From positions 71,176,001 to 71,240,000 of the forward strand of contig OZ024740.1 of NCBI GenBank assembly GCA_964016885.1: 64,000 bases of DNA, given 5' to 3'. A program made the translations under genes and the position numbers. The notes under the pieces were generated by a model. That model ran no database searches and was not told where the DNA came from. It saw only the letters and a program-made list of their open reading frames with translations. This document shows positions 1 to 12,479 of the stretch, in pieces. Source of the stretch: Eledone cirrhosa. Its lineage: Eukaryota. Position 1 is the first letter of the stretch; each line of letters opens with the position of its first letter.

Positions 1-1654
1 GGCTTGTGAGAGCTATACAAGCCATGTATAAAGAAACAGTCAGTAAGGTTAGAATTAACAACGAATATAGTGAAGAGTTTAGCGTAAAAGTTGGTGTCCA
101 TCAGGGCTCTGTTCTTAGCCCCCTACTATTTATTATTGCCCTTCAGGCTATAACAGAGGAGTTCAAGACCGGCTGCCCATGGGAACTCCTATACGCAGAT
201 GATCTAACGCTCATAGCTGAATCAATGACCGAACTAGAGAAGAAATTCCAAACATGGAAGCACGGCCTAGAATCAAAAGGCCTTAAAATTAACCTGGCTA
301 AGACTAAAGTTCTAGTTTGTAGGAAAGAAAATAAGGCGGCGGTCCCTTCTGGGAAATGGCCATGCTCAGTGTGTAGGAAAGGCGTAGGTAGAAACTCCAT
401 TTTATTGTCCCAAATGCAAAGTATGGGTGCATAAAAGATGTAGTGGGATCACAGGTAAGCTAACTAAGAACATAGATTTTACATGTGGCCGGTGCTCTGG
501 TGCAATAAGTAGCAGCAAGTGCCCACAAAATACTAGCTCCTTCAACTGCGCAGAGGGTTCTATAGAAATAGTGGACAGCTTCCGTTACCTGGGTGACAAA
601 ATCAGCAGTGGGGGAGGGTGCTCTGAAAGTACAGTAGCTAGAGTCAGAACTAGATGGAAAAAGTTCAGAGAGCTTATACCACTATTAGCCGCTAGAGGGT
701 TCTCCCTAAAAATGAAAGGCAGGTTATACGATGCCTGCATACGAACAGCAATGCTGCATGGCAGTGAGACCTGGGCATTGTGTGCAGAGGATATACGCAG
801 ACTAGAGAGGAACGAAGCTTGCATGCTCCGCTGGATGTGCAATAGTAATATACGTGAACGGCAAAGCATAAACGAACTAAGGAAAAAATTAGAAATAAGA
901 GGGATCAGATGTTGTTTACTCGAGAGAAGGCTACGTTGGTACGGTCACGTGATGCGCATGAAAGACGACAGCTGTATAACAAAGTGCAGGGCAATAAAGA
1001 TAGACGGTAGCCACGGAGTAGGCAGACCCAGAAAAACCTGGGACGACATGATAAATTCCGACCTCACACGCTTACACCTCTCCAAGACAATGTCACTGGA
1101 CCGAGACCTTTGGCGGTACTCAGTAATAGAGAAGACCCGCCTTACCTAAATACAAAGTAAAAACCTACTACAGTCAGTAGGCATCTCTATCAAAACACAC
1201 CCCCGTCCCACCACCTCCACCCCATCCACACCGCCTCTTTCAATGTAAAGTTATGTTGGTCCCACAACATCCAGGCCGAAACAAATGAGATCGTGTAGGT
1301 GTCACGACAAAAAAACACACAGTCCACGCTGTAAATGTGGCCGTGTAGGCAACACGGTAAAAACCTCCCAGCGCCACACTGTAAATGTGGTTGGTGTTAG
1401 GAAGGGCATCCAGCTGTAGAAAACCCGCCAGACAGTCCACGCTGTAATGTGGCCGTGTAGCCAACACAGTAAAAACCTTCCAGCCCCACACTGTAAATGT
1501 GGTTGGTGTTAGGAAGGGCATCCAGCTGTAGAAAACCCGCCAGACAGTCCTATGCGAGCAAGACAACCACTCTTGCCTTAAGTGGGAAAACCCCCGTCCA
1601 AACCCATGCAATCGTGGAACACGGACGCTAAACCTGATGATGATGATGATGATG
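1..1654 (+). mobile_element. RTE-clade non-LTR retrotransposon (RT C-terminal half plus 3' UTR with (GAT)n tail), frameshifted, cut by the window edge
   Basis: ORFs 6..434 and 427..1149 give GVHQGSVLSPLLF, LLYADDL, FRYLG, MLHGSETW, RRLRWYGHVMRM and GRPRKTW. One extra base near 400-405 relative to the copy at ~23460 splits the ORF. The 3' UTR has ~48-bp subrepeats and ends in (GAT)n at 1636-1654. Confidence 0.93.
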
Positions 1655-1656
1655 AA

Positions 1657-1810
<154 letters not shown>

Positions 1811-1814
<4 letters not shown>

Positions 1815-1957
1815 GGTGTTAGGAAGGAAGAAAACCTGCCAGACAGTCCTATACAAGTGAGACACGGTCTCCCGACCAATCTTGCCTCAAGTAGGACAAT
1901 TCCCATCTAAACCCATGCTAGTGTGGAAGATAGACATTAAACGATGATGATGATGAT
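1811..1957 (+). mobile_element. RTE-type 3' tail fragment
   Basis: gttggtgttaggaagg...cccatgctagtgtggaa...acgatgatgatgat, same layout as the RTE 3' UTR. Confidence 0.75.
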
Positions 1958-2852
1958 ATATATATATATATATAACCCCATATATTCCTCAACTAGAGGA
2001 ATCTAAACTAAACCCATGCTTTCCATGAACTAAGGCAAATGGAAATCAGTCATAATTTAAATTGAAACACGCCCTTCAAAATGATATCTCATCTCTCTCA
2101 GCCAAACAACAACCATCCTTCTTCAATTACTGGTATGAGGGTAACAGATGTCATCATACTGCAGCCATCATATTACATAGTTTTTTATATTATTCTGCAG
2201 TGACTACAAACGCATTATTTAATGAGCATAGTACTCACATATAATATGTCAGGCTTCACTACAGTTTCTATCTATCAAATTTATTCTCAAGTCTATTGTA
2301 GAAGAACTTGTTCAAGGTACCACACAGCTATTTTTGCAAACTTTTGTCTTCTATGCCCATTTATTCATGGGAGGGTCAAGGGGGTAGAGTCATTAAACAC
2401 ACTTTCCAGCGGGTTCTATTAGAAGCAACCATGTACAATTGGTCTGGTTGGATCTGCAGGCAAGACCAAATGAACTCATGGATGCTTTCCAACCATCTTG
2501 CTCATGGTTTACCTCTTGGTCGCCTGCTGGTTGTCTTTACCCATAAAATGTGATCAGTGATTCTATGATCTCTTCATTTGGAGAAGTAGTAGCTCTATCT
2601 GAAGTGACTTCCTGATCTCCAAACTATACACTTTATTGCGAACCCCATTTTGGCACTTGTATTTGCAATCCTATTCTTTTGGTCATTACCTCAGATTCAT
2701 TATGTAAGGGTAGCCACGAATACCAAATTGAAGATAACAAGTTTGGCTTTTACGCCTACTTTCTTTCTTTATTGCACCAACTCCTACAATTCTTGCATTT
2801 AATTCAGCCTCTTGCTTTTCATCACTTATATTTATTTTGTTTTTGTTTTTAG

Positions 2853-2932
2853 GGAGCCCTGCTCAGTTTAGTAGTAACTATCCCTTTTCTACTTTCACTT
2901 TACATTGGAAATCTGAAAATTGCCCATTTATC
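2853..2932 (+). CDS. SLC5-family Na+/solute symporter (SMVT/SMCT-like), internal exon: GALLSLVVTIPFLLSLYIGNLKIAHLS
   Basis: Acceptor ttttgtttttag, donor gtgagt; hydrophobic GA...IG helix as in the penultimate TM of SLC5A6/8/12; phase 2 matches the next exon. Confidence 0.8.
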
Positions 2933-3136
2933 GTGAGTAAAAATTTTTGTTCTTAGGCTTGATGTTCAGCTGTTGTTGTTGGTGGTGGTCGTGATATCAA
3001 TAGTTGTTGTTGCTCTTCTTCTTCTTCCTCTTCTTCTTCTTTTTCTTCTTCTCCTCCTCCTCCCCTCCTCTTTAAGTTATGTGCCAGTTTTATAATTCCT
3101 ATCTTAAGTGTCATCTAACAATTGTTGTATTTGCAG

Positions 3137-3255
3137 AGAATCACTACAGAAACTTTACAGTATCAATTTCTTCTGGTATGGTCCTATTGGAGTCAGCATG
3201 GTCCTTGTAATTGGTACTATATCCAGTAAAATCATACCAGCTGGTTCTGCACACA
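3137..3255 (+). CDS. SLC5-family transporter exon: ESLQKLYSINFFWYGPIGVSMVLVIGTISSKIIPAGSAH
   Basis: ttgcag acceptor, gtaagt donor; LYSIxxxWY..IG...V..G..S resembles the last TM of SLC5A6/8/12; phase 2 in, phase 1 out. Confidence 0.85.
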
Positions 3256-3744
3256 GTAAGTGGAGATTTTTTTCCCCCTTTTGTGAGTCAAACAAACATA
3301 GCCAAAGACAACACTGGTAAAGAGTGAAGATAGACTTAGGCGCAAGCTGGTTTGCAGATTCTATTAGGGTGTATTCAAAGGTACTTATCGAATAGAACAC
3401 ATCATAGATGTGTTTGTTTTGGGTTTTTTTTTAATTTTAGGATACCTTTCTCTCTCCAAATGAATTTAATGATTGCAAATTTAGTGCAACTGTTATATGA
3501 TGGAAATATATAGTAGCTGTACAAACATTCATATCTGTCAACAATGTAATATACTGTTGTGGTGCCCCTCTAAGAAGAAGGCACATGGCTTAGTATTTAC
3601 AGTGTTGGGCTCACAGTCATGAGGTTGTGAGTTCAATTCTCAGATCGGGTGGTGTATTGTGTTTTTGGTGGTGGTGGTGGTGGTGGTGGTGGTGGTGGTG
3701 GTGATGATGTTGCTGACAGTGGTGGTGTTTGGATTCAGGAAATT

Positions 3745-4012
3745 TTTGTGTGGGTGAAGAGAAGATTGCATTGGTATGGACATGTGGTACATAAGGATGC
3801 TGAATGCTGGGTGCTGAAGTGCCAAGAGATCAGAGTGGAAGGAATTTGCAGGAGGGGAAGACCGAGGAAAACCTGGTTAGAACTGATCTCAAAACACTGA
3901 ACTTCACAGAGAAGCTGATGAAGAAGTGCAACAAGTGGAGGCAGGTTGTGCTGGAAAAGACCCATCCAACCCATGCAAGCATGGAAAAATGGATGTAAAA
4001 GGATGAGATGAT
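3745..4012 (+). mobile_element. Old RTE 3' fragment
   Basis: RRLHWYGHVVHKD...GRPRKTW, then ccatgcaagcatggaaa and a degenerate (GAT)n tail. Confidence 0.8.
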
Positions 4013-4469
4013 GTAGGCCTTGATTGAAAGTTGAATGTTAAAATATAAAATAAACAAACTATCTACTGTCTTTTTATAATCTAAATTCATTATGGTAGCA
4101 GTACAAATATTAATATCGATCAGTAATGTAAACTACTGTTATTATGGGAATTCTGTAAAAACTAAGTTTTCATGGGATCAAAATTTTCATAACTCTTTAA
4201 ATTTATCAGCACATATGTTTAATGTTAATACAATTTATATAATGAATAGTTAAAAAAAACTCACAACATTTACTTTTAAATAAATTATAAAATAAATAAA
4301 ATAAAAAATAAGACTATGCAGATATATACAGTACTAAAAAGATAGGGAAGTGAGGGAAATAATAAGAAAAATAAATGGGAGGGGTGATGAAGAAGAAAAA
4401 AGGTAGGTGCAGAAAACCCATACACTCAATCACACACCACAACAAGGGTCGCTAGAGCTTCCCTGTAAT

Positions 4470-4640
4470 AATTTTTGAGGCAAGCCAACACACACATAGC
4501 ATTACCAAAGGTGATAGCAAGGCTAAGGCATTGGAATAACCAAGCACCCTTGCAGGCATCACCTGATAGCTTGGTAAAGCCTTTCGCCAATGATGACAAG
4601 GACTTCATTGACAGGAGTCCAGTATTTTTAATAATTCTGT
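4470..4640 (-). mobile_element. Degenerate CRE-like (RLE) non-LTR element C-terminus
   Basis: Minus ORF reads SGDACKGAWLFQCLSLAITFGNAMCVL, resembling the CRE-type C-terminal motif SGDxRxxxxLFQRLSLAIxRGNA; homologous to 52260-52580. Confidence 0.65.
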
Positions 4641-5184
4641 TGTTTACTTCAGCAGTATTAGAATTATTACTCACCCAGAATAACTTATACCTATAATCCT
4701 TTACTTATCTTGAATCTATAATGAAGAATGTAAGTCGTTAGATCAGAAGGCATTAAATAGACAAACTCCATTACAAGTATGTACTTCATTTATTCTTGCT
4801 TTACACTGTGAAACTCATTTTGCCTGTATTTCCATGTGTGAGATACGACAGGATATGGCGTATCGAAGAATCGACGTTTTGACGATAGCAGATTTTTCTG
4901 GAGACTAGTCTTCTGTCTTAACTTCCGTTCTCTGGTCTAAGTAGTACAGTTACTTGTATCGCTACGCCAAAGGTTTTGATTGGCTCACACTTCAGCCAAT
5001 TTACTTCCGTAACATTTTTCTTCCGCCGAAGGAAAATACATTTAATTACAAAGGATCTATATTACTGCTACAAATCTGGCCAACCAACTTAGTATTTGTT
5101 TTACACAACACACAACCACTTCCCCTTCTCTCTATTGCTTCACCTGATGGCAATGTTGTATTTATTTTGTCCCCTCTTTTTCAG

Positions 5185-5285
5185 GATTTCAAGATCCTTC
5201 ATCGGATTTATCACGTAAACTCATAAGTCCTATCACCCGCAAGATTATGAAGAGGTTCATGAGAAATAATAAACCTGATGACCAG
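5185..5285 (+). CDS. SLC5-family transporter exon: (R)FQDPSSDLSRKLISPITRKIMKRFMRNNKPDDQ
   Basis: Polypyrimidine tract plus tcag, donor gtaaga; DP...LISP motif typical of the SLC5A6/8/12 cytoplasmic tail; phase 1 in, phase 0 out. Confidence 0.82.
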
Positions 5286-5475
5286 GTAAGAATACATTTA
5301 AAAAACACTGATTCATCAGTATCATAGTTTTATTTTAACTTGGTACAAGTTGGACAGGACTTTTGAGGCAACGTTTTACAGCCAGATGCCCTTCCTGATA
5401 CTAACCTTTTTAGTCACTTCTTACAACATGCAGGGATACAGTGTAACTATTCTAAACCAGACACAAATATATATA

Positions 5476-5760
5476 AAGCTCAGAGTTGCTGAAGCATGGA
5501 ACAAACTACTTGCATCAGTTGTTAGCTGCTGAGACACTGCATCCTTTAAAACCTCCATGCTTCCTGAAATTCGCCAACACTACACCTGATATTCTCCCCC
5601 CATACACACGCACACATATGTATCTGTGTGTATATCATGACTCATACACTGTTCACTTTCCTGACATTTGTACATTATTCTATGTACTATACATGCACTT
5701 TTTATGAGTTGTAGTGCACCTGAGCACTGTACACAATCATTTCATTATATATTATTATTA
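5476..5760 (+). mobile_element. CR1/L2-type LINE 3' end
   Basis: LRVAEAWNKLLASVV..., 3' UTR ends in (ATT)n; near-copy at 14122-14531. Confidence 0.78.
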
Positions 5761-7018
5761 TGTATATATATATCAACTTCTTCTTCCATCTTTAGAGTCT
5801 TCACCATATTTTATAAGCTAATTTATAGCATCTCTGCATGAGCACACCACTCTTCATATTAATATTTGACATTACTTACCATGACAAAATGTTGTTTGTT
5901 TCACAAAAAATGAATGGTCACAGGATTTATTTATTTAAATATATAGATAAATCACCGTAGCGAACTCATGGTCAACACATTTTTTAGTAGAACAAAGTAT
6001 TTATTGTCAGGATAAATAATATCAAGTATATATCATCATCATTGTCATCATCGTTTAACGTCTATCTTCCTCGCTAGCATGGGTTAGACGGATTTGTCCC
6101 ATTTGAGGCAAGTTAGGTTGGGTGACCGTGTCTCGCTCATGTAGGACTGTTTATGGCTGGATGCCCTTCCTAACGCCAACCACATTTACAGTGTGTGCTG
6201 TAAATATATATAATCTCTGCTATTTTATATTGAGTAGTGATTTGACTGAAAATCAAAAAAAACATATCCTCATCAATGATTATTTTAGGTTAGCTTTTCA
6301 TGCTGGCATGGATTGGATAGGTTGTCATGGTCTGAATCGGACAGAATTCTCTCACTTTCTGTTCAAACCGGTCGTAACTGGCTGATCATACTGCCATTAA
6401 GGTATTGTTCTCAAAATAAATTATATCAAAATCTCATAGATTTGATATGTGAGGTAATGTGTTTACCACGAAAATACAATAGTATATATAGTGTAATGTG
6501 AATGCTAAAGGGTTAATGAATTTTGTGTTGCTCATACGTTCCATATTTAGCATAGTTTTACAGCTGTATCCCCATCCTAAAACAAACCACCTTACAGGTG
6601 CATTTTATTGTGGCCCTAGCACTACAGAGGTTGTTATATGCTTGGCCAAACTGAACAGCCCTCTGTACTCTATATTGTTTTCAATTGGTTGCCAACCACA
6701 TTACAAAGTGTACAGGGTGCTTTCTATCATGGTGCCAACTCTAGAGAGGTTGTCAAGTGTTTTACAGGGCAAGAGGATTTCCTCCACTCTATATTGTTGC
6801 AGTCGGTTCCTACACCACTTAGCAGGAGACTAAGTGCGTTCCCCCAAATGTTGCTGGTCTAGGGCTTAAATTAGAATCAATATAGTCAACTAAAACCTTT
6901 AAATGCAATGCCCCAGCATGGCCATAGTCTAATGACTGAAACAAAAAAATAAAGGTTTTCAACAATTTCTTTTCTTTTTATATTAATTCATATATCTATC
7001 TTTTTCATTTTTCTTCAG

Positions 7019-7060
7019 ACTGAATTGGATATGATGAATGATTACAGTCATCACATATAA
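7019..7060 (+). CDS. SLC5-family transporter probable terminal coding exon: TELDMMNDYSHHI*
   Basis: Long polypyrimidine tract plus ttcag, phase 0, TAA at 7058-7060; AT-rich UTR-like sequence with AATAAA motifs downstream (~8134, ~8358). Confidence 0.65.
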   Translation, partial: TELDMMNDYSHHI

Positions 7061-7641
7061 ATACTTTGAACTATGATTCTGTCAATGATCTCATACATCT
7101 TGGACAAGACAGCTGAGGAGTTGGGGATTTTGTTTCGTTTTGTTTGTTTGTTTTACTAACTTGGGTTGGGGAATGTATTTGGCTTTATGTTATAAACTAT
7201 CTCAATATCTACTTGCAAAATAAGACTGGAGAGTAAATTTCTCTTAATAATAACTGCTGTAAGAAGATTTTTTTATTCCCTTTATATAACTCTGCCATCA
7301 CCATCGCCTTTCATATTAACCTTAATTAGACTGATTGCTCAAATATTCTTTCCTTCTCTTATGATCAACTATCATTTCATCCTTCCAAGAGAATATTAAT
7401 AACCATGAATCAGTTGTGGAGCTTCTCCATGATGGCTTGCTTTGCTAGAAGTACCAGTTAAAATCTTTCTAAACCCTTGGATATTTATACTAAATTATGT
7501 ATATGTAAATAAAGGGGTATTTGAAACATAACTTAACAAAAGGTTCTTACATAAAATTATGATGGAAGATTTTAAATTTAAAGTTAATTATGAACATTTT
7601 AAAACAACAGAGTCTTGAGCAGATAGGTATCAAAAAAGGTC

Positions 7642-8072
7642 TTAACTCTTTAGCATTTACATTACTCTATATTTACTATTATATTTTTGTAGTAAAGTCT
7701 TTATCTTACATAATTATCACATAATATCGAATGTATGAGATTTTGATGTTATTTATTTTGAAAACATTACCTTAATGCAAATATGAGCGGTCGGTTATGA
7801 CCAGTTTAAACAGAAAGTGGTGAGAGAATTCTGGCCAGATACAGCCAGTTTAAATGCTAAAGGGCAAACCCATAGCCAGGTTTTCTGCCAGGTAATGCCA
7901 TTCGAATATATGTTAAAACATGGGGATGCCAAAACAAAATAAAGAAATATTGTTTAGTAAAATATATATATTATTCTTGTTTGATGAGGATGCCAAAACT
8001 AAATTTGCTTTTGATAGGGGATGCCAGGCATCCCCTGGCATCCCCTTGGCTACGGGCCTGCTAAAGAGTTAA
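7642..8072. mobile_element. TTAA-flanked piggyBac-like MITE with a nested hAT-like MITE (7865-8060)
   Basis: Family TIR ttaaccctttagcattt...aaatgctaaagggttaa. The nested element has TIRs caaacccatagcca / tggctacgggcctg and an 8-bp TSD ctaaaggg (7857-7864) / ctaaagag (8061-8068). Confidence 0.8.
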
Positions 8073-9146
8073 CTAATAAGAGATAAAAAAAACAATGAAG
8101 CATCAACAAACAGATTATTGTTAAGACACAAACAATAAATTGTCATCCATCCATATCTGCATCTATAACAATACAATACACAGGACTTTTATAAGTTGTA
8201 TACAGACCTATCAGTTGAAATGAACTTGTTTTAGGATCCTTTTTCATCATTGTTATTTGAATTTTTTAATCTTATGTGATACTATGATTGAGATATATAT
8301 ATACAATGGCTTGTAATTTATATTTGAAATGTGTGATTATATTTTATATATTGTATTTAATAAATTGTTTTACAATATATATTAAATGTGTTGATTGCAA
8401 AAATCACTACCACTTTCATCATCATCATCATTCTCATCATCATCATCATTGAGCCAATGTGTTATCTTATCATGACTCCAGCACTACTACCCTACAGAGT
8501 GAACTGGATGCTATGTTTTTTAATAAAATTTGTTTATTATAAAAAAATATATATTTAATTACCCAATACCAAATTATAAATGAGCAAGACTTAGCAATGA
8601 TCAAATTCTACAATGAAGCAATAAAATGGAAAGGCAAAAAGACAAAAGAAGGTAAACAACTGGTTAACTTAAGCATTGGGAATCTTTTTAATTTTAAATG
8701 TGTGCATTCCAACACAAATGACCATGATAGTAGTTGATTACTATATATAATATTGAGAAAATTGATTAAAGGACTTATAAAAACAGAAAAAAGTAGACAG
8801 AGCATCAATAGGAATCTAACCCTGCATCTCTTGGGTGCTGGATGTGTGTAATAACCACTTCAAATTTCAAAAGAAGGTGGAGAAACTTGATGCTTTCCAA
8901 TCATCAAATGTATTATCTTACTTTAAAGAAGACTGGTTTGCATTTCATGAAAATAGCAAGCAACTATAGCAAACATCTGCTTTGTTCTCTTGAGAATAAA
9001 GAAGCCATGAGTTTTAAATTCCTCCATATACATTTCCCAATAAACAACCCATGAGTGCTAAACTTTTCCACATCAATTTTCCAGTAAACAAGTCATAAGT
9101 GCCAAACTTCTCCACATCCATTTCCCAATAGTCTTTCATACAGTAA

Positions 9147-11089
9147 CTAGCAGAGGTACCCGGCGTTGCTCGGATATTAAATAGCAGTTGTGTATACCAT
9201 TTATGTCAATACTTCAGTGCTGCTTCGAAAACTATACTTTTACAAAATCATCGGCTTTTTCCAAAAGGGGGTTCCTGCCCCCAGGAGTCCCCTACCCAAT
9301 ATGTGCCAATTCTGAGAGTTCACATTCATCTGTAGGATAAACGTAGCCCATGTGTCAAGTTTTGTGAAAATCAGTTGCGAACTCCAGAAGTTATGACGTT
9401 TTGCTGCATTGCACTGCAGTGCTTCAGTCGACTCCAAGGAAGTGGTTAAAAGGTTTATCTGCCGGGGTGCCCTATAATCAATATCTGGAAAAATGACAGT
9501 GCCCATGACCATCCAGAGTACATAAGTAACCTATGTCTTAAGTTTGGTGAAAATACTGTAGAAATGCATAAGCTTTATACATACGTGTGTGTGTGGGGGT
9601 GTGTATGTATATGTGTGTGTGTGGGTGTGTATGTATTTGTGTGTGCGTATGTAGTGGCCTAAATCTTCACTATTTACTTTTACTATTTTAATAACCTCTG
9701 TCATTTTCGTTTTCAATTTTATTTACATCATTCTTAAACTCCGGGGCTGGAAATCATTCTGTTATTTTAAATAGAATATTAGTCTAACGACTCCATTTAT
9801 ACCATAAACTTGGTCTTGTCTTTGCATGAAATTGTTCTTCACGCTCCACATAACGACGTATTATCCTCGCTTGTTTTCCATTCATTGCCAGGGAACGTCT
9901 TCACGAACCAAAATATCGTCTTCCTGTTTTCGTTCGGTTGCAACGTTTCTCGAAATATTTACTTCTGCGTTCACAGATTACTCTCAGTTCAATTTGAATG
10001 GGAAATTCCTGTTTCATCGATTTTCTCCGTAACCATGGAAGCTTGTAGTAGCCAAAAGTTTATTAACAGCGAAATAACGTCTTTGATATGTTATTTTAAA
10101 TAAGACAATGATTTGAAAAATACTACTTACTGTTAGTGGTGGTTAACATGTATTAGAAATAAAATGAAAATGATATCTGAAAAAACGTACTTGAGAACAT
10201 GATTCCCTTCTTCCAAATTTAAGGGTTTTATTTCTTTTGATGGAAAACAGTGACTGTTTTCGGTTTGGCATTTCGTAAAATGGTACTGCAGAATTGATTT
10301 CATAAAACGGTACTGTATGATAGTTTACACTTTGATTGCCCTGGTCAGCAAGAGGGGCCTCTATATATTAGATATTTTTAGAAGAGGGGAAAATAACTAA
10401 CCCCAGTATTAGAACAGGGGGTTCGCAATGTAAGGGTTTTATTTCTTTTGTTAGAAAACAGTTACCTTTTTCGTTTTGGCATTTCGTAAAATTCTACTGC
10501 AGAATCGATTTCATAAAACAGTACTGTATGATCGTTATAGAATTATTTAAATTTAATATAGAGCAATTGTATTTTAAAAATGAAAATGAAACGTACTGTA
10601 GTAGCCAAAAGTTTATTAACAACGAAATAACGTTGTCTTTGATATGTTATTTTAAATAAGACAATGAATCGAAAAATACTACTTACTGTTAGTGGTGGTT
10701 AACATGTATTAGAAATTAAATGAAAATGATATCTGAAAAAACGTACTTGGGAACATGACTCCCTTCTTCGCATTTTAAGGGTTTTATATCTTTTGATGGA
10801 AAACAGTGACCGTTTTCGGATTGGCATTTCGTAAAATGGTACTGTATGTTAACAGCAAAAGAACGCAGCGAAATAAATTGATGAGTTAGTATTAGAACAG
10901 GAGAAAATAACTCACCAAACGCTATAGTTTTGGGGCCCCAGGGACCACATTTTTCAAGTTAGAGATTTGCTTCCTTGGCACTTTTTACATAGGTGTGTAA
11001 ATTTCCATGTCTGTCCGACCACGTCTACTACCATTTAACCGTGCACATCTGAATTTCAACCACCGCCCATTTCACAAATATATATTAGA
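9147..11089 (-). mobile_element. Non-autonomous Helitron (composite, internally duplicated)
   Basis: Minus strand starts TCTAATATATA (11089; a second A|TC start at 10372) and ends CCGAGCAACGCCGGGTACCTCTGCTAG|T (GC-rich hairpin plus CTAG at 9147-9150). No TSD. 10044-10320 is repeated at 10599-10850. Confidence 0.8.
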
Positions 11090-11270
11090 CAAGTCATTTA
11101 GCCCCAAACAAAATCGATCAATGAATGAAAGAGAGTCCTCATCATCATTATATTTTCATGGATGTTAAATGATGAAGATGATAGCTGTCTTTCATTAATT
11201 GACTGATTTTTTTAGGTCTAAATGATTTGTTACTATTTTGAAAATACTTTGAACACAATGTAAATACTTC

Positions 11271-11860
11271 TATAACAGCGGCGAAGATTCAAAACCGAAT
11301 ATGAGCTTTCCCGCCTCTGGGACAAGCCGTGGTTAGTTGTTTACGCCCGGCAGCCCTTGGGAGATGCTAAACACAGGTCAGATGTTGTTTACGCCCGGCA
11401 GAAAAAGTGAGACTACAGACAAGACAGGTCGCATTTACACGCTCTCGTCACGAAAAAACAGTCTGTCCACTAATTTCTCACACGCATTTCCTGCCTGGCT
11501 GATTGAATCCTACTACTGCTAAAACAAGAAAGTATACTAATACGCACACATAGTAAGTTCACACTGCTTGTATTTTTATACGCACCATTTCTGTCTGTCA
11601 TATTGTATCTTTCAGATACAATACAAATTATATTATAATCGTATTCTGTGATACTTGTATTTACGTGGCTCGTAGAGTCACCAACTTATTGTACGAATAT
11701 TTCATGTTATAGATTTTATCATTCAATATTCAAATTGAATATTGTTATAATAAAATAAACATTGTAACAACACAATCCTGGTATTATTCTTTGCATTGAA
11801 ACCATCATACCAACAATTCCATCTATTCACTTATCCGTTACAACTGGATTATTCGTTACA
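11271..11860 (+). mobile_element. Solo LTR (Gypsy-like, 590 bp)
   Basis: Ends TATAAC...GTTACA (TGTAAC/GTTACA with one change), 4-bp TSD CTTC at 11267-11270 and 11861-11864, AATAAA near 11748. Confidence 0.78.
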
Positions 11861-12479
11861 CTTCTGTCCACAGGACATCTGATAACATTTCATTTATTGA
11901 TATTTTATCAAACTCTAAGAAACCAACATCATGATGCAGAATTGTACATGATATAGTATCTGCTGAAAGCAAACCATTAAGAATTACTTATTTAAAAGAT
12001 AGACTTAAGAAAACAATCCATTTAGTGAACTTTCTGATAGACTTTCTTCAGCCACAAGACTCCTCCTGATTTCTATGTTGGTCTCTTAGCTGCTACAACA
12101 TATAAGTTAAAGAAGATAATTTTATAATTTAAATTTGAAATCAATGGTTCTCAACCAGGATCCATATAAGAATGTTGAGAGTCCACACAAAAAAGCAGTA
12201 AATGGGGTTCCACAGTTGTATTTCAGAGGTCCATGAAAAAATTTTGCTTTCAAAGAAAGTATCTTAAGTTTTAGAGAAAGAAAGCAAATTTGAAGAGAAC
12301 AAAATAAAACAGTTAACCAAAGCAGTTGGTCAAAAAATTACCAAGTGAATTACTAAAAATCAAAAAAAATAATATTGGTCAAAAACATTAACAAACAGAA
12401 TCATATATATAAACAAGGATATTGTCTCCAGTTTGGTTTCTCAGGGGACTTTGGCTACCTAGGTTTGTAATATCTTTGG

